Below are positions 1 through 10,111 of a stretch of DNA of 64,000 bases, in pieces. Source of the stretch: Candidatus Latescibacterota bacterium. Lineage in GTDB: Bacteria; Latescibacterota; UBA2968. The stretch is from the NCBI GenBank assembly GCA_965198115.1, contig OZ240241.1, positions 6,368,001 through 6,432,000 on the forward strand, read 5' to 3'. The position numbers and the translations under genes were made by a program. Under the pieces are notes generated by a model that saw only the letters and a list, made by a program, of their open reading frames with translations, did no database searches and was not told where the DNA came from. The stretch's first letter is position 1, and every line of letters starts with the position of its first letter.

Positions 1-1138
1 GCATCAACTTCGCCAGATAGTCCATCCGCACGAGCGTTTCGCTCTGATACAGGCTCATGCCGTCGATCCCGGCCGCGTATTGCCGTGCCGCGAGCGCATA
101 CGCCGGCTGCGCCTCGAAGAAGCCGGTATTCTCCTCGACCCGACTTCCGATAAGTCCCATCGACCCGACCCCGCCGATGCACACTTTGCCGTGCTTGTGC
201 GCCACCGCCGCGTGGTATTCGACGTGCAGATCCAAATCCTCGAGAGTATTCGGGAACGGGCTGAGCATCAGACCGTCGACCAGGTCCTCCGCGCACCAGC
301 GTTCGGTGTCCAGACCGTAGGCCAGCATCAGCCAGCGCGCGTTGTCGGGCACGCGGGCGATAATGGGGCAGCGACGGCCCAGCTCCGCTTCCTGCTTTCG
401 AACGGCCTTGCGTAGCTCGTCCATGAAACCCGTGAGCACATCGGCGCGGTACTGGAACCACGTCTCGTAGGCATCGACGTCGTCCGAGTCGATTTCGCGG
501 GGGTCCAAGCCCGATTCCGCCACGAAGGGCTCGACCAGCGCATGGTGGTAGCGCAGCAACGGCATCTGCCGACAGAAGTCGAGCACCAGGCCGTCGACGC
601 CGATCCGCTGGCACTCCAGCAGAATCTCGATCCGCTCTCTCCGCACCTCCTCCAGCGCGTAGCAGAGCCGGCTGGCATCTTCGTTACCCAGCTTGGTCAG
701 TTCCCTGAACGATGGATTTTCCAGCGCCAAACTCGACGTGACCCCGATCCAGTCCGCCCGGCCGTAATGGCGGTTCATCCCCAGGCGGCCCCACAGCTGT
801 GCCCCGCGATCGTGGCACCGCCCCAGCGCGTGGCGCACGGGGCACACTTTGTCCAACACCTTGTGGACGAAGTCCCAGGAGATGCCGCCGATCAGGTCGC
901 CGTTTTCGCACACCCGCGTCACGTTGGGTAATTCGGACCAGTAGTCGATGACCGAGCGCCCCAGGTTCCACACCAGGTGGTCGAAGCCGGCCTGCAGGTG
1001 CAGATCGACGCATTCGTCCAGCGCCTCGGGGCCGGGGCACGGCTTGTCGTAGTTGGCGTACCAGCACTGCCACTCCGAGATGCCGAACACCGGCTTTTCG
1101 TTGCGGCTTGACTCGCGCACTTCGAGCATTGGATTCAT
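1..1138 (-). CDS. Glycoside hydrolase-like (GHL10/DUF187-type) TIM-barrel protein, runs off the window edge
   Basis: Manual translation from ATG 1138 (GAGAGGGG RBS): MNPMLEVRESSRNEKPVFGISEWQCWY...LQAGFDHLVWNLGRS...RLCYALEEVRRERIEILLE...GVDGLVLDFCR. Absent from the ORF track because it has no stop in the window. Confidence 0.6.
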   Translation of the reverse strand, partial: MNPMLEVRESSRNEKPVFGISEWQCWYANYDKPCPGPEALDECVDLHLQAGFDHLVWNLGRSVIDYWSELPNVTRVCENGDLIGGISWDFVHKVLDKVCPVRHALGRCHDRGAQLWGRLGMNRHYGRADWIGVTSSLALENPSFRELTKLGNEDASRLCYALEEVRRERIEILLECQRIGVDGLVLDFCRQMPLLRYHHALVEPFVAESGLDPREIDSDDVDAYETWFQYRADVLTGFMDELRKAVRKQEAELGRRCPIIARVPDNARWLMLAYGLDTERWCAEDLVDGLMLSPFPNTLEDLDLHVEYHAAVAHKHGKVCIGGVGSMGLIGSRVEENTGFFEAQPAYALAARQYAAGIDGMSLYQSETLVRMDYLAKLM

Positions 1139-1373
1139 GTCCCCTCTCTCGCGGGCTCACCAGTCAACCGTCTCCGCCGCGAGGAACGATGCAAAAAAGG
1201 AGAGAATGACCTTCGTGATGGGCCCACTCGATACGAGCACCGGCACTGGGCGAAAAATGACACCCGATTCGCGTAAGATAGACACTACCAGATATAGTAG
1301 CGACTGGAGTCAACGGCATACCCAAGTGTGACCAAAAGAGAAGCAGAGAAGTGGGGCGGTGAAAGATTCAAGG

Positions 1374-2576
1374 TTAGCCGATCGCCGGTGGATAGGGCTC
1401 CAGACACGATCCCGTGGGAGACGGTACGGTCGGTCGCCAGGCCAGTTGTTCGAAGGACCGGTAGGCCACGTCCAGCCACGGGGTTTCGAGTCTGGTGTGA
1501 CCCTCGTATCGCGAGGTCAGGGCGGCCTCGAGAGCGCCGGACGTCAGCAGTGTGCGCTCTACAGGATACTGCGGTACGCCGGAGAGGAACATCTCTTCGA
1601 TGTTGAGCCCGAGGTAGCTGAAGTGGGCATACGCGCCGTCTTGCCCGCCGTGACCCTGGCACTTGAACCAGGTTGACTCCACACTTCCGTCCCGGCGCCG
1701 GGAGGCGTAAGCGAGCTCTCTCAGGTAACCGTTGAGCATGAGGACGGCGCCCCGAAACCCGTCGCGGTACTCCAACAGGAAGAGCACTGGATTCTCGCAA
1801 TGTTCCTCCATCGATCCCGATTCCTTGCCGGATGCGTCGACAGCCTCACACGCCGACCCGGCAAGCGTCCGCCACCACGAACCGGCACCACGCGCGTGCT
1901 CCCAGACGGCATCCCCTTCCATGCAGGTGACAGCGGCGATCCCTGTTTCGCCCCCTGCGCGCCGTTCGACCATGCACTGGAGTACTTCGAGCGTGTGGAA
2001 GCCATAGATGTCGAGGCCCGAGAATCCGACGGCGACAGCCTCTCGAAGCGGCGCGTCGATTTCGTGTTCGAGGAAAGGGTCTCGCCAGGTCACGGGAAGC
2101 GACGAACCCGCCATCAAGGGCGCGTCGAGCTCGGCGGCTCGATCGACCATCCACCTGGCATCCTCCCAGCGCCACGAGAGGTGCTTGTCGTTGAAGACAG
2201 GGACGCCACGTCCCGACGCGGCCATCACCCCGGCGATCTGCTCCATGAAATAGCGGCGTGGATAGAGCTGCTGCTCCTTTTCGTTCCATGCGTAGTCGCC
2301 GTGTTCACCGATCAGCAGCACGCCGTCTACGGCCAGTTCGTCACCACCCAGGGTGAGGGCGCGGACGATGCTCGGATAGATGGGAATGCCGAACTGCTTC
2401 GAGATCATTCCGCTCATGTCGTTGTCGAAGGTCTGGTCGACGTAGAGAGAGGCGACCTCGAGGCGCGGGGCCTGCAGCGCGCCGTCCGTGGGGAAGCCGT
2501 GCAGAAACTTGCCGACGAGCACATCGGCGTGCGATCGGGGACGGAAGACGGTGACGATGGCAGCAATCTTCTTCAT
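1374..2576 (-). CDS. Conserved hypothetical protein, oxidoreductase-like (Gfo/Idh/MocA-related)
   Basis: 400-aa ORF; VDGVLLIGEHGDY, PVFNDKHLS, LMAGSSLP and YGFHTLE motifs. Confidence 0.6.
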   Translation of the reverse strand: MKKIAAIVTVFRPRSHADVLVGKFLHGFPTDGALQAPRLEVASLYVDQTFDNDMSGMISKQFGIPIYPSIVRALTLGGDELAVDGVLLIGEHGDYAWNEKEQQLYPRRYFMEQIAGVMAASGRGVPVFNDKHLSWRWEDARWMVDRAAELDAPLMAGSSLPVTWRDPFLEHEIDAPLREAVAVGFSGLDIYGFHTLEVLQCMVERRAGGETGIAAVTCMEGDAVWEHARGAGSWWRTLAGSACEAVDASGKESGSMEEHCENPVLFLLEYRDGFRGAVLMLNGYLRELAYASRRRDGSVESTWFKCQGHGGQDGAYAHFSYLGLNIEEMFLSGVPQYPVERTLLTSGALEAALTSRYEGHTRLETPWLDVAYRSFEQLAWRPTVPSPTGSCLEPYPPAIG

Positions 2577-2613
2577 GGTCGGCAGGTGGGTTTCGTTGGA
2601 GATGTACCCGGTC

Positions 2614-4760
2614 CTATCGATTCGGTCGTGCCTGCCTCGCGGAAGCGAACGCGTGGATCATTCCGTCACACGATCCGGTCCACAGGCCGTCGCCCGAAAC
2701 GACCGGAGATGAGAGCGTGGGCACGCTGAGGTCGTGCACCCACGCGACCTCGCCGGAATCAACCCTCAAACCGTAGAGGTGGCCGTCAGCCGACCCGAAA
2801 AAGACGAATCGCTCCGTCACAACGGGCGATGACAGGGCGCCCTTCCCGCCCCGGACATACGGCGAGAACGACCCGAGACCCGCACCGGATGTCCAGGACC
2901 AGATCACTTCACCGGTCAGGGCGTCCAGCGCCGTCAGGCCGCCGTCACCGTCCGGAACGAAGAGACGGCCGTTAGACAGCGCCGGGGAAGCGGCACATCG
3001 CGTCCTGTCCAGCAGCCGCAACCATCGCATCTCGCCCGTCGAAATCCCGATCGCCCGAACGTTCGTCCTTCCCCCGACGATGTAGACGAGTCCGCCGGGT
3101 CCGACGACGGGCGTCGTGTTGGTGCGATTGGCCTTCTCTTCCACGAGGCTCCAGACCGTGGCGTCGGTCTGGGCATCCAGCACCGCCAGGTTCAGCGTCT
3201 GTCCGTAGAATGCGAGCATCAGGAAGTTCTCGAAGCCGGCCGCCGACGGATAGGAAGCGATCCAGTCTCTGGTCCCCAGATCCTCGCGCAGCCAGTTGAC
3301 CCGACCGGTCGCCTGGTCGAGGGAGACGTAGTGAGGCGTCATGCCTGTGTAGAGGCTCCCTCGCCACGCGAGCGGAGAGCTGTAGACCCAGCGTTCCGAC
3401 GGGTCTCCGGTCTGGTAGGACCACAGCTGACGTCCGTCCAGGTCGAGCGCGATGACCTCACCAGTCACGGTCGTCGCGAACAGGCGTCCGTTCTGGGCGG
3501 CCGGAGAAAGCTTGATCGAAGCTGACGTTGTGAAGTCCCACAGAGGTCGGCCGCTGACGGCGTCCAGAGCAGTGAGCCCGGACGCGTTGGGCCTGTCCTC
3601 GTTCTGCGTCCCCACCACCAGCGAGCTGCCGACGAGGATCGGAGAGCCCTGGTGCAACCCACCCCCCGCGGACACTGTCCAGGCCGGCTCGAACGGGAGC
3701 TCGGGATTCGCGTCCGATGCGCCCGTGCGCGCCAGACTCCCCCGATACAGCTGCCAATCCGAATCCGGCGTTGGCCGCAGGTCCGTTTCTGGCACCGGTT
3801 CGCGACGTGGGGAAGCGGGTCTGAAGCTCGCCCCTCCGAAGGGCTTCACATCCAGCGCCCGGATCTCGGACGTCAGCCTCCCCTCTCGAACCGTACAGAA
3901 TCGGTAAGCCCGTGGACTCTGGTCGATGCCGCCGAAGCAGAAAGTCGGGGTGTTGTAGTGAACGGTCGAAGCATCGTCATACACACGCGCGCAGTGCCAG
4001 TGACCGGAGAACGTCGCGATGATGTTGTGACCGCGAAACTGCTCGTAGAACCGGTCACCCCAGGGGAAGTGGATCAGCACGACAACCGGTGTCTCCGGAG
4101 GGACGGCATCGAGATCGGCCTGCACCCACGCTCCCTGATGGTCCGGTTCGCGCCATTCGTGCCCGACGCCGTCGTAGACGACAAAGTAGACGTGGCCGTA
4201 GTCGAACGAGTAATAGGTGGGCCCGAGCGCGTTCGTGTAGTGGTCCCCGTCCGCGTCGTTATCGTCGTGGTTGCCGATGCACGGGTAGACCGGGAGAGGA
4301 GATTCGGAAATCCCACGGAGGAAGGCGTCGAACTCTTCCTTTATACCCTTGTTGGTCAGATCACCCGTAGCCACAATGAAAGAAGCACGATCCCCCACAT
4401 CCTCGTAGACCGTCTTCAGGTCTTCCCCGAGTTGACGGTCGTTCGACCGACTGCCGTCGACAGACATATGGATGTCTGTGATCTGAACGAAGGAAAACTC
4501 GGAGGCCGCGCTTCGGTCGTCGGGCTCGAGCAGGAAATCGAAGTCGATCGTCTCGCCGATCCGGCGATAGCAGGGGATGGAACCTTCAGCCGAGTAACCC
4601 GATGGAACCGTCACGTAGACGAATTGATCCTCCGAACACTGATCGAGGGTGTAGCACCGGATTCGTCCGTCAGCGTGACGTCCCGACCGTTCGAAACGCG
4701 GACCTTCGCAAGCCCCACTTCTCCCGATTTGGTGCTGGCCTTGACGGTTCCATGAATCAT
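2614..4760 (-). CDS. Calcineurin-like metallophosphoesterase fused to a PQQ-like beta-propeller (frameshift near 4655)
   Basis: QITDIH, TGDLT, GNHD and SGHWH motifs followed by PQQ-type repeats. The N-terminal VRVSNGRDVTLTDESG segment is in an adjacent frame starting at ATG 4760. Confidence 0.8.
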
Positions 4761-4877
4761 CTGGGGGCGAGCTTGATTTTTGTGATCATTTCCGAAGTCG
4801 CGTGGCATTCTCAATCCTCGATAGTTCTTCACGTATAAGAGTGGATGGCTGACGCCCCTTCTCTTTTTGTAGCTGAG

Positions 4878-5023
4878 GAAGCGCTGGTTCTGCCGTCGGC
4901 GGCCGACACGGGCTCACCCAGCGTGTGTGTCCACGAGGGACAGTTATGGGCCAGCTACTACTCCTGCCACGAAGCGAGGCGACGCTGGAAGCCGAAGGTG
5001 TACCTCGCCCGAGTACGTCTGTA
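4878..5023 (+). pseudogene. C-terminal remnant of a sialidase-like beta-propeller gene
   Basis: Translates ALVLPSAADTGSPSVCVHEGQLWASYYSCHE...KVYLARVRL*; no upstream part present. Confidence 0.5.
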
Positions 5024-5036
5024 GCGGAGGACGAAT

Positions 5037-5441
5037 ATGCGTCGACGAGAATCAAAAAGCACCGACCGAGCTGAGGCCGTGGACGCCGCCATGGCCGTTC
5101 TCGATGCGTACACGGCGGCTCTCAATCAGCGCGATGAGGTCGCCTTGTGTGCCACCCTGCACTTCCCTCACTACCGACTGGCGGGCGCTCGCGTGCAGGT
5201 CTGGGAAACGCCCGATCGCTACCTGGCCGATTTCTTAGCCCGATCGGGGAAGGAGTGGCATCACAGCGCCTGGGACTCCCGGACGGTCATTGCGTCGAGC
5301 CCCGACAAGGTCCACTTCGACGTGCAGTTCACCCGCTATCGATCGGACGGATCCAGTATTGGGCAGTACCGGTCGCTCTGGATCGTGACGCAGTTGGACG
5401 GTCGGTGGGCTGCCCAGGCGCGTTCGAGCTTCGCCGGATAG
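5037..5441 (+). CDS. NTF2/SnoaL-like protein
   Basis: 134 aa; LHFPHYRL...DKVHFDVQFTRYRSDGS...SLWIVT..DGRW. Confidence 0.7.
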   Translation: MRRRESKSTDRAEAVDAAMAVLDAYTAALNQRDEVALCATLHFPHYRLAGARVQVWETPDRYLADFLARSGKEWHHSAWDSRTVIASSPDKVHFDVQFTRYRSDGSSIGQYRSLWIVTQLDGRWAAQARSSFAG

Positions 5442-5501
5442 CAGACGGGCCTGACCGAGTGCATCCAGCGCCCGACACGGCTGCGACAAGGGGCTGATAG
5501 A

Positions 5502-5599
5502 GCATAGAACGTGTGAAAATTGAATATAGAACGTTGGCCAACCCTCCGGGGAAGTTTCAATTCCCACATGTTCGATTTTCACATCTTCTATGCCAAGGG
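5502..5599. repeat. Imperfect hairpin containing the 43-bp junction repeat (copy 1, 5557-5599)
   Basis: GCATAGAA..GTGAAAAT / ATTTTCAC..TTCTATGC inverted repeat; 5557-5599 matches 25255-25297 at 41/43. Confidence 0.75.
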
Positions 5600-5802
5600 T
5601 TCGCAGTCCGCCTCGGATTGGGATTCTCGGTCATGGCGTGAATCGCCAGTCGGGCCGAGTCGGCGAGATCGAGCGTGTCCGGCACCAGCGTTTCGGTGCG
5701 CTCGCCGGCGAGGGGCGGCACGTCGAACGCGGGGATTTCGGATCGGATGTAACCGATCGGGTCGCCAGGTTGCCAATCGGAGGTGTTAGAGGAGGTCGGC
5801 AA
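5600..5802 (-). pseudogene. 5' fragment of a hypothetical gene, truncated at the junction repeat
   Basis: DPIGYIRSEIP...VPDTLDLADSARLAIHAMT reads as a protein N-terminus and breaks off at about 5600. Confidence 0.5.
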
Positions 5803-5845
5803 GAGATTGGGTCAGTTTGGGCTGGGTCCAGGTATCAACGAGCAA

Positions 5846-5932
5846 GATTATCGTAGAGGCTTGTGACGCGCGGCGGAGCCCGCGTGTTGGGTGGGTCTGG
5901 ATCTGGATGGGCCCGCCGGACGCGAGCTAAAC
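5846..5932 (-). other. Degenerate attC-like site
   Basis: Core GACGCGCGGCG.AGCC resembles the site at 35995; R boxes decayed; lies just past the stop of 5957-6757. Confidence 0.5.
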
Positions 5933-5956
5933 GCGGTCTCGCCTAAAGGCAGGGAA

Positions 5957-6757
5957 TCAACTCCTTGGAGGAAGCGGAGCCCCTCGATTTGGTGTGAGGG
6001 CATACCGGTACCCAGCAGGTCCGTCTATTCTGGCCTGAGGAATCCGCGTAATCATGACAGACCCTCTGGTCTTCCGGGCAAGCAAAGCTACCACGACGTC
6101 TTCAGAATGACGAAGTAGCGATTCTAGGATGGTGAGCATGTAATCGTCCAATGGTTGACTATTCCATCCTAGTTTGGGGAGAGTCAGAACAGGACTTGTT
6201 CCGTTCTTGATATCCACCTTGGCAAGAATGATGGACACCTGTTCGTGCTCAATATCCCCACGAATCTCGTAGAATCTGCCCAACCACTCGTTGTCTTTTC
6301 TCAGCCACTCAACGTCTTGACCGTCTTTTTCTAAAGTCCTCACAAGCTCGTTGTGTAGAGCCTTTCCACCTTTCAATTCCAAACCAAGGATTTCGGAGGC
6401 GATCTTAGGTAGTTTGCGGTGGGCGATCGCCGCGTAGATTACGACGTCTCTGAACAGGTTTACAAGCTGCTCGGTTGGATCATTAAACGAGATTGCGTTG
6501 CCCTGAACTGAAACATCCTCTCCATTGGCAATGCTCGTCTGCGCGGTTTCCGCCAGTTTCTGGTAGGCGTCGAAGGACTCCTCTGCCTTAGCCAGATCCT
6601 TAGCCAACTCATAGAGAAGTGCCTGGACCTTATTCCTCACGTCATGGGAGATGTCGACAAGACCTGAGCCGAGGATTTCAGAGAATTGGAGTAATAGCCT
6701 GTTTAAGAATCGGGAGCCTGTGCCGTGGTTAAGGACTTTTCTGATCTCAAAACTCAT
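5957..6757 (-). CDS. Cassette-borne hypothetical protein (266 aa)
   Basis: Visibly more AT-rich than its surroundings; flanked by attC-like sites; cassette ends are complementary (CTTAAACGCAATCTCGCC vs GCTAAACGCGGTCTCGCC). Confidence 0.75.
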   Translation of the reverse strand: MSFEIRKVLNHGTGSRFLNRLLLQFSEILGSGLVDISHDVRNKVQALLYELAKDLAKAEESFDAYQKLAETAQTSIANGEDVSVQGNAISFNDPTEQLVNLFRDVVIYAAIAHRKLPKIASEILGLELKGGKALHNELVRTLEKDGQDVEWLRKDNEWLGRFYEIRGDIEHEQVSIILAKVDIKNGTSPVLTLPKLGWNSQPLDDYMLTILESLLRHSEDVVVALLARKTRGSVMITRIPQARIDGPAGYRYALTPNRGAPLPPRS

Positions 6758-6779
6758 GGGCGTAGCCTGGCGAGATTGC

Positions 6780-6849
6780 GTTTAAGGATCAAGTGTTCCA
6801 CGGCGCCTGCCGTGGGCAGGTATTGCGATGCGAGTACACTTAGTTAGCC
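6780..6849 (-). other. attC-like site with R' GTT changed to CTT
   Basis: Minus strand: GGCTAAC-TAA-GTGTACTCG...CGTGGAACAC-TTGATC-CTTAAAC; right half nearly identical to the site at 39429. Confidence 0.7.
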
Positions 6850-6892
6850 GCGGGTAGATTTCCAAGGGGGTTTACCCACGTGAGCCCATGTC

Positions 6893-6987
6893 GGTTAACG
6901 TCTTCGTCATGCGCGATGGCCACCGCAGGTGTGGTGCCAGTAGGTGGTCGGTGGGTCGGGATGGGTTCGAGCGTGGACGTGTTAGCG
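6893..6987 (-). other. attC-like site
   Basis: Minus strand: CGCTAAC-ACG-TCCACGCTCG...CGCGCATGAC-GAAGAC-GTTAACC; 13 bp downstream of the stop at 7001. Confidence 0.7.
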
Positions 6988-7497
6988 GAAGTGCCACCCC
7001 TCATTGCATCCAAGAGGCGATGGTTTCAGGGTAGGCATGGGCAAATCGTCTCCAGAGCACCTCAACCGATGTACTGAAACTGGATGTGGGAGCTACTGCC
7101 TCAGGCAAACCGGTTTCGAGGGCAGAGAGTATTCCTACTTGAGTTCGCAATAGAAACAGTGTTCTCACGAGGAAATCTGGTTGAGTGTCGGGGGAAATCT
7201 CTTGGAAGTTGAGTCTGAACTCCGAGTGACACCTTCCGTCCTCAAACGAAGATTGCTGAACCAGCCCAAGGAAACACTTGCCAGCCGAACGTGCTGAGAT
7301 GCCGCTGACGCGAAGTTCCAAGCGTCAGAAAATCCGTGCTTGTCTACCAATTTGGAAACGCGCTTGGAGTATCTGCGGTAGAATGACTTCCCGTCCTTGT
7401 CCGATTGGGCGTGAAACCATTCCCATGCACACGCCGGCTCATTTGCCATAATGCTCATAAGGCAAACTGCCTCTATCTGAAGCCGTAGATAGCCTAG

Positions 7498-9051
7498 GAG
7501 CCTGTCGGGTTACACCCGGAAGCTCGTTGAGATTAAGTCCAGCTGAGTCTGTCAGCGACCGGTTACCTTCGTTTTTTCCTTGAGCCGAGTTCCTCTTCGG
7601 GATCAGGTAGCCAATGAGAGTCGATAGAGTTTCAGAAGGTTGTGTGTGAGACAGATCAGGTTCCATTCTCTGATGACTTTGTGGATTCGGCGGAATGAGA
7701 ATCGGGTGAAGTTCCGAACGGATTTGATCTGTCCAAACACGGGTTCGATGATCTGTTTTCTTTTCCAGTAGGTGCAGCGACCTTTCTGTGTGAGAAGCTT
7801 TCTCGCCATTTTGTCTTTCGTCGTTGCGCCCTTGGGGATCCGTCCCCTGGGGCAGGTCGCGATGGGCGTTCCATGTTTCTGTTTTGTCGTCGCCACATAG
7901 AGGTCGACGCCATCTGATTGAACCTGATCGACCTGACTTTGGTTGAAGTATCCGGTGTCGGCAGTGAGGTGCTTGGGTGTCGTGCCGCCCATATTCGCTC
8001 TGATCTGGTTGACCATAGGTGTCATCTGGTTCTTGTCATTAGCTTCTTGGGTGACGTCGGCAGCAACGACAATCTGGGCCTTGTCATCCACAGCAGCTTG
8101 GCAGTTGTAGGCTTGAAGGAATTGGCCCCCTGAGACCATGATCCGTGAGTCGGGATCGGTGAAGTTCAGTTGTTCCTTGGAGTCGGGCTCTTTCGATGGA
8201 GGCTTGGGCTTACGTCCACGACCGCCGCGGCGCTCCCGGGCCTTTACCTTCTCTTCATACGCTGCCTGCTTCTCAGGAAACTCAGCCTCCGCTTCGGCTT
8301 CGATCTCGGCTATTGCGTCGCGGATTACTTTGAGTCGAGTCTCCCGGTGCTGCAACTCCTCGGGCAACTCGTCGCCGCGGTTGTCCTTTCCGTAGAGTTC
8401 GTCTTCGGCCGCGTCAGTGGCTTCGGCCTCGGTCAAGAGTCTGCGCACTTCGGCCTCGATCTCGGCTTCTTTCTTCTTCATCCGGCCGTAGCTCATCGCT
8501 TTGTGTTTTGAGGCATTTGCTTTGACTTTCGTGCCATCCAACGCCACGTGTCCCAGCTTCACCAGACCTGCCTTCACGCAGAGACACAGCACTTGCCTGA
8601 ACAGACCTGAGAGGGCATCCAGATGCCGTTGACGAAAGGTCGATATCGTGTCGTGATCAGGATGCTGATCCAGGCTGAGCACACGGAAAGCAACGGAGTC
8701 ATAGGTCGCACGCTCAATCTTGCGGGAACTCCTGATGCCTTCGCAGTAACCATACAGCAGTAGGCTCACCATCATCCGGGGATCATACGGTGGCTGGCCA
8801 CCTTGAGACCCATCGTAGGTCTCGTAGATCGCGGACAAATCAAGTTGTCCGACGATATCCAGAATGAAGTAGGTCGGATGACCCTTGGGAAGCCAACTCC
8901 GGAGATCCGGAGGCAGCAACATCAACTGAGCCGGATTGTAGACACGAAACCGAGTAGAAGTGCTCAACGGAAACCTCCAATTCAGAGTCGGAACCTTGAT
9001 CGCACTTCTACAATACGAAATCTTCCTCCGGCTGGGTACTCCGACAGGCTC
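7498..9051 (-). mobile_element. IS1182-family insertion sequence
   Basis: Terminal IRs GAGCCTGTCGG; CTAG duplicated at 7494-7497 and 9052-9055. Confidence 0.9.
7603..8967 (-). CDS. IS1182-family transposase
   Basis: GQPPYDPRMM, PDHDTISTFR, ALDGTKVKANAS, TDPDSRIM, ADTGY, IEPVFGQIK. Confidence 0.92.
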   Translation of the reverse strand: MSTSTRFRVYNPAQLMLLPPDLRSWLPKGHPTYFILDIVGQLDLSAIYETYDGSQGGQPPYDPRMMVSLLLYGYCEGIRSSRKIERATYDSVAFRVLSLDQHPDHDTISTFRQRHLDALSGLFRQVLCLCVKAGLVKLGHVALDGTKVKANASKHKAMSYGRMKKKEAEIEAEVRRLLTEAEATDAAEDELYGKDNRGDELPEELQHRETRLKVIRDAIAEIEAEAEAEFPEKQAAYEEKVKARERRGGRGRKPKPPSKEPDSKEQLNFTDPDSRIMVSGGQFLQAYNCQAAVDDKAQIVVAADVTQEANDKNQMTPMVNQIRANMGGTTPKHLTADTGYFNQSQVDQVQSDGVDLYVATTKQKHGTPIATCPRGRIPKGATTKDKMARKLLTQKGRCTYWKRKQIIEPVFGQIKSVRNFTRFSFRRIHKVIREWNLICLTHNLLKLYRLSLAT

Positions 9052-9286
9052 CTAGCGCGCTGGTAACTCGTAGGCGATACAAGTCCGTTGCGGCAAACAT
9101 GAATGAGCGGAAGCAGAATGTGAGGAGAATGCCTCGTACGCGTCTAGACATGAATCGGTACTTCGCTGCTCTTGCTCGTTCGATAATTTCTGGATCGCAG
9201 CCCTCTTTCGAAAGCTCTCCGTTGATAAGGGCATTCAGTTCTTCGTGTGTTTCTAGTCCAAGCTCCCTTCTACAAGCCTCCATTGC

Positions 9287-9520
9287 TACCTGCCCCCCTG
9301 GATTGTTCCCATTCCTAAAGTTAGGATATCGGAACATAGAAAGGGGGCCGAATGGCCAGGAAGCGATACACAGCGGAGCAGATCATCGGACATCTCCGTC
9401 AGGCAGAGATTCGTATATCGTAAGGCAAGACGGTCGGCGAGGTCTCGCGTGAGCTTGGCGTCAGCGAACAGACCTACTACCGGTGGCGCAAGGAATACGG
9501 CGGTATGGAGGTCGACCAGG
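9287..9520 (+). mobile_element. IS3-family (IS407-group-like) left-end remnant with disrupted orfA
   Basis: CTGCCCCC end motif; MARKRYTAEQIIGHLRQAEIRIS*GKTVGEVSRELGVSEQTYYRWRKEYGGMEVDQ, then breaks off. Confidence 0.8.
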
Positions 9521-10081
9521 TCAGCGGCACCAGCTTGACGTAGGCTGCGTTGGCGATGGCGCAGCGGGCCTTGTCTCCCCGTCACGGTCGGTCTCCACCC
9601 AGCTCGGCTGCGCCAGCTCGAGGTCGGCGCCGGTGAGATCCGTGATCTGCCAGAAGCACTCACTCAGCTCCTCGCCGCCGGTGTGCGCGCTCCAGTCCGC
9701 CACCGGGTCCTGCGGATGCGGCTGCGTCGGTAGATGCAGTATCGAGAACACCGGATCCCCGGCGAATCGGACCAGGAGCTGTGCCGGGCCGCCTTCGCCG
9801 TGGAGATCAAAATACCAGGGCTTCAGGCGCCATACCCCGATCGATACGGCGTGCCATCCGCGGGCCGGGACGGAAAGGCGCACCGGCGGCGCCTCGGTCT
9901 CCTGTCCGGCCACGATTGCGGTGCCCGACAGGCGGTCGCTGTGATAGGGCAGGACCCGCCACTGGCGAAAGGCTGCATCGGACGCCAGGGCCGACTGGGG
10001 GCGACAGCGATCCATGGCGGTCAGGTAGGCGGGCTCACTGCGCAACCACCGGTCGGCATAGCAATCGATCGGTTCACTCAT
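9521..10081 (-). pseudogene. N-terminal part of a hypothetical protein, truncated at the IS3 remnant
   Basis: APPVRLSVPARGWHAVSIG...; a shifted frame gives AAYVKLVPL immediately before the IS3 junction. Confidence 0.5.
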
Positions 10082-10111
10082 GGCCGGTCTTACTGGCTGG
10101 CAACGGAGACG

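Larger units (their letters stand above)
7001..9286 (-). pseudogene. Cassette gene interrupted by IS1182 and 5'-truncated by the IS3 remnant
   Basis: Removing 7498-9051 plus one CTAG joins ...YRLRVTSAL-GYLRLQIEAVCL-MSIMANEP... in frame; a further frameshift near 7250 leads to the stop at 7001. Confidence 0.7.
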
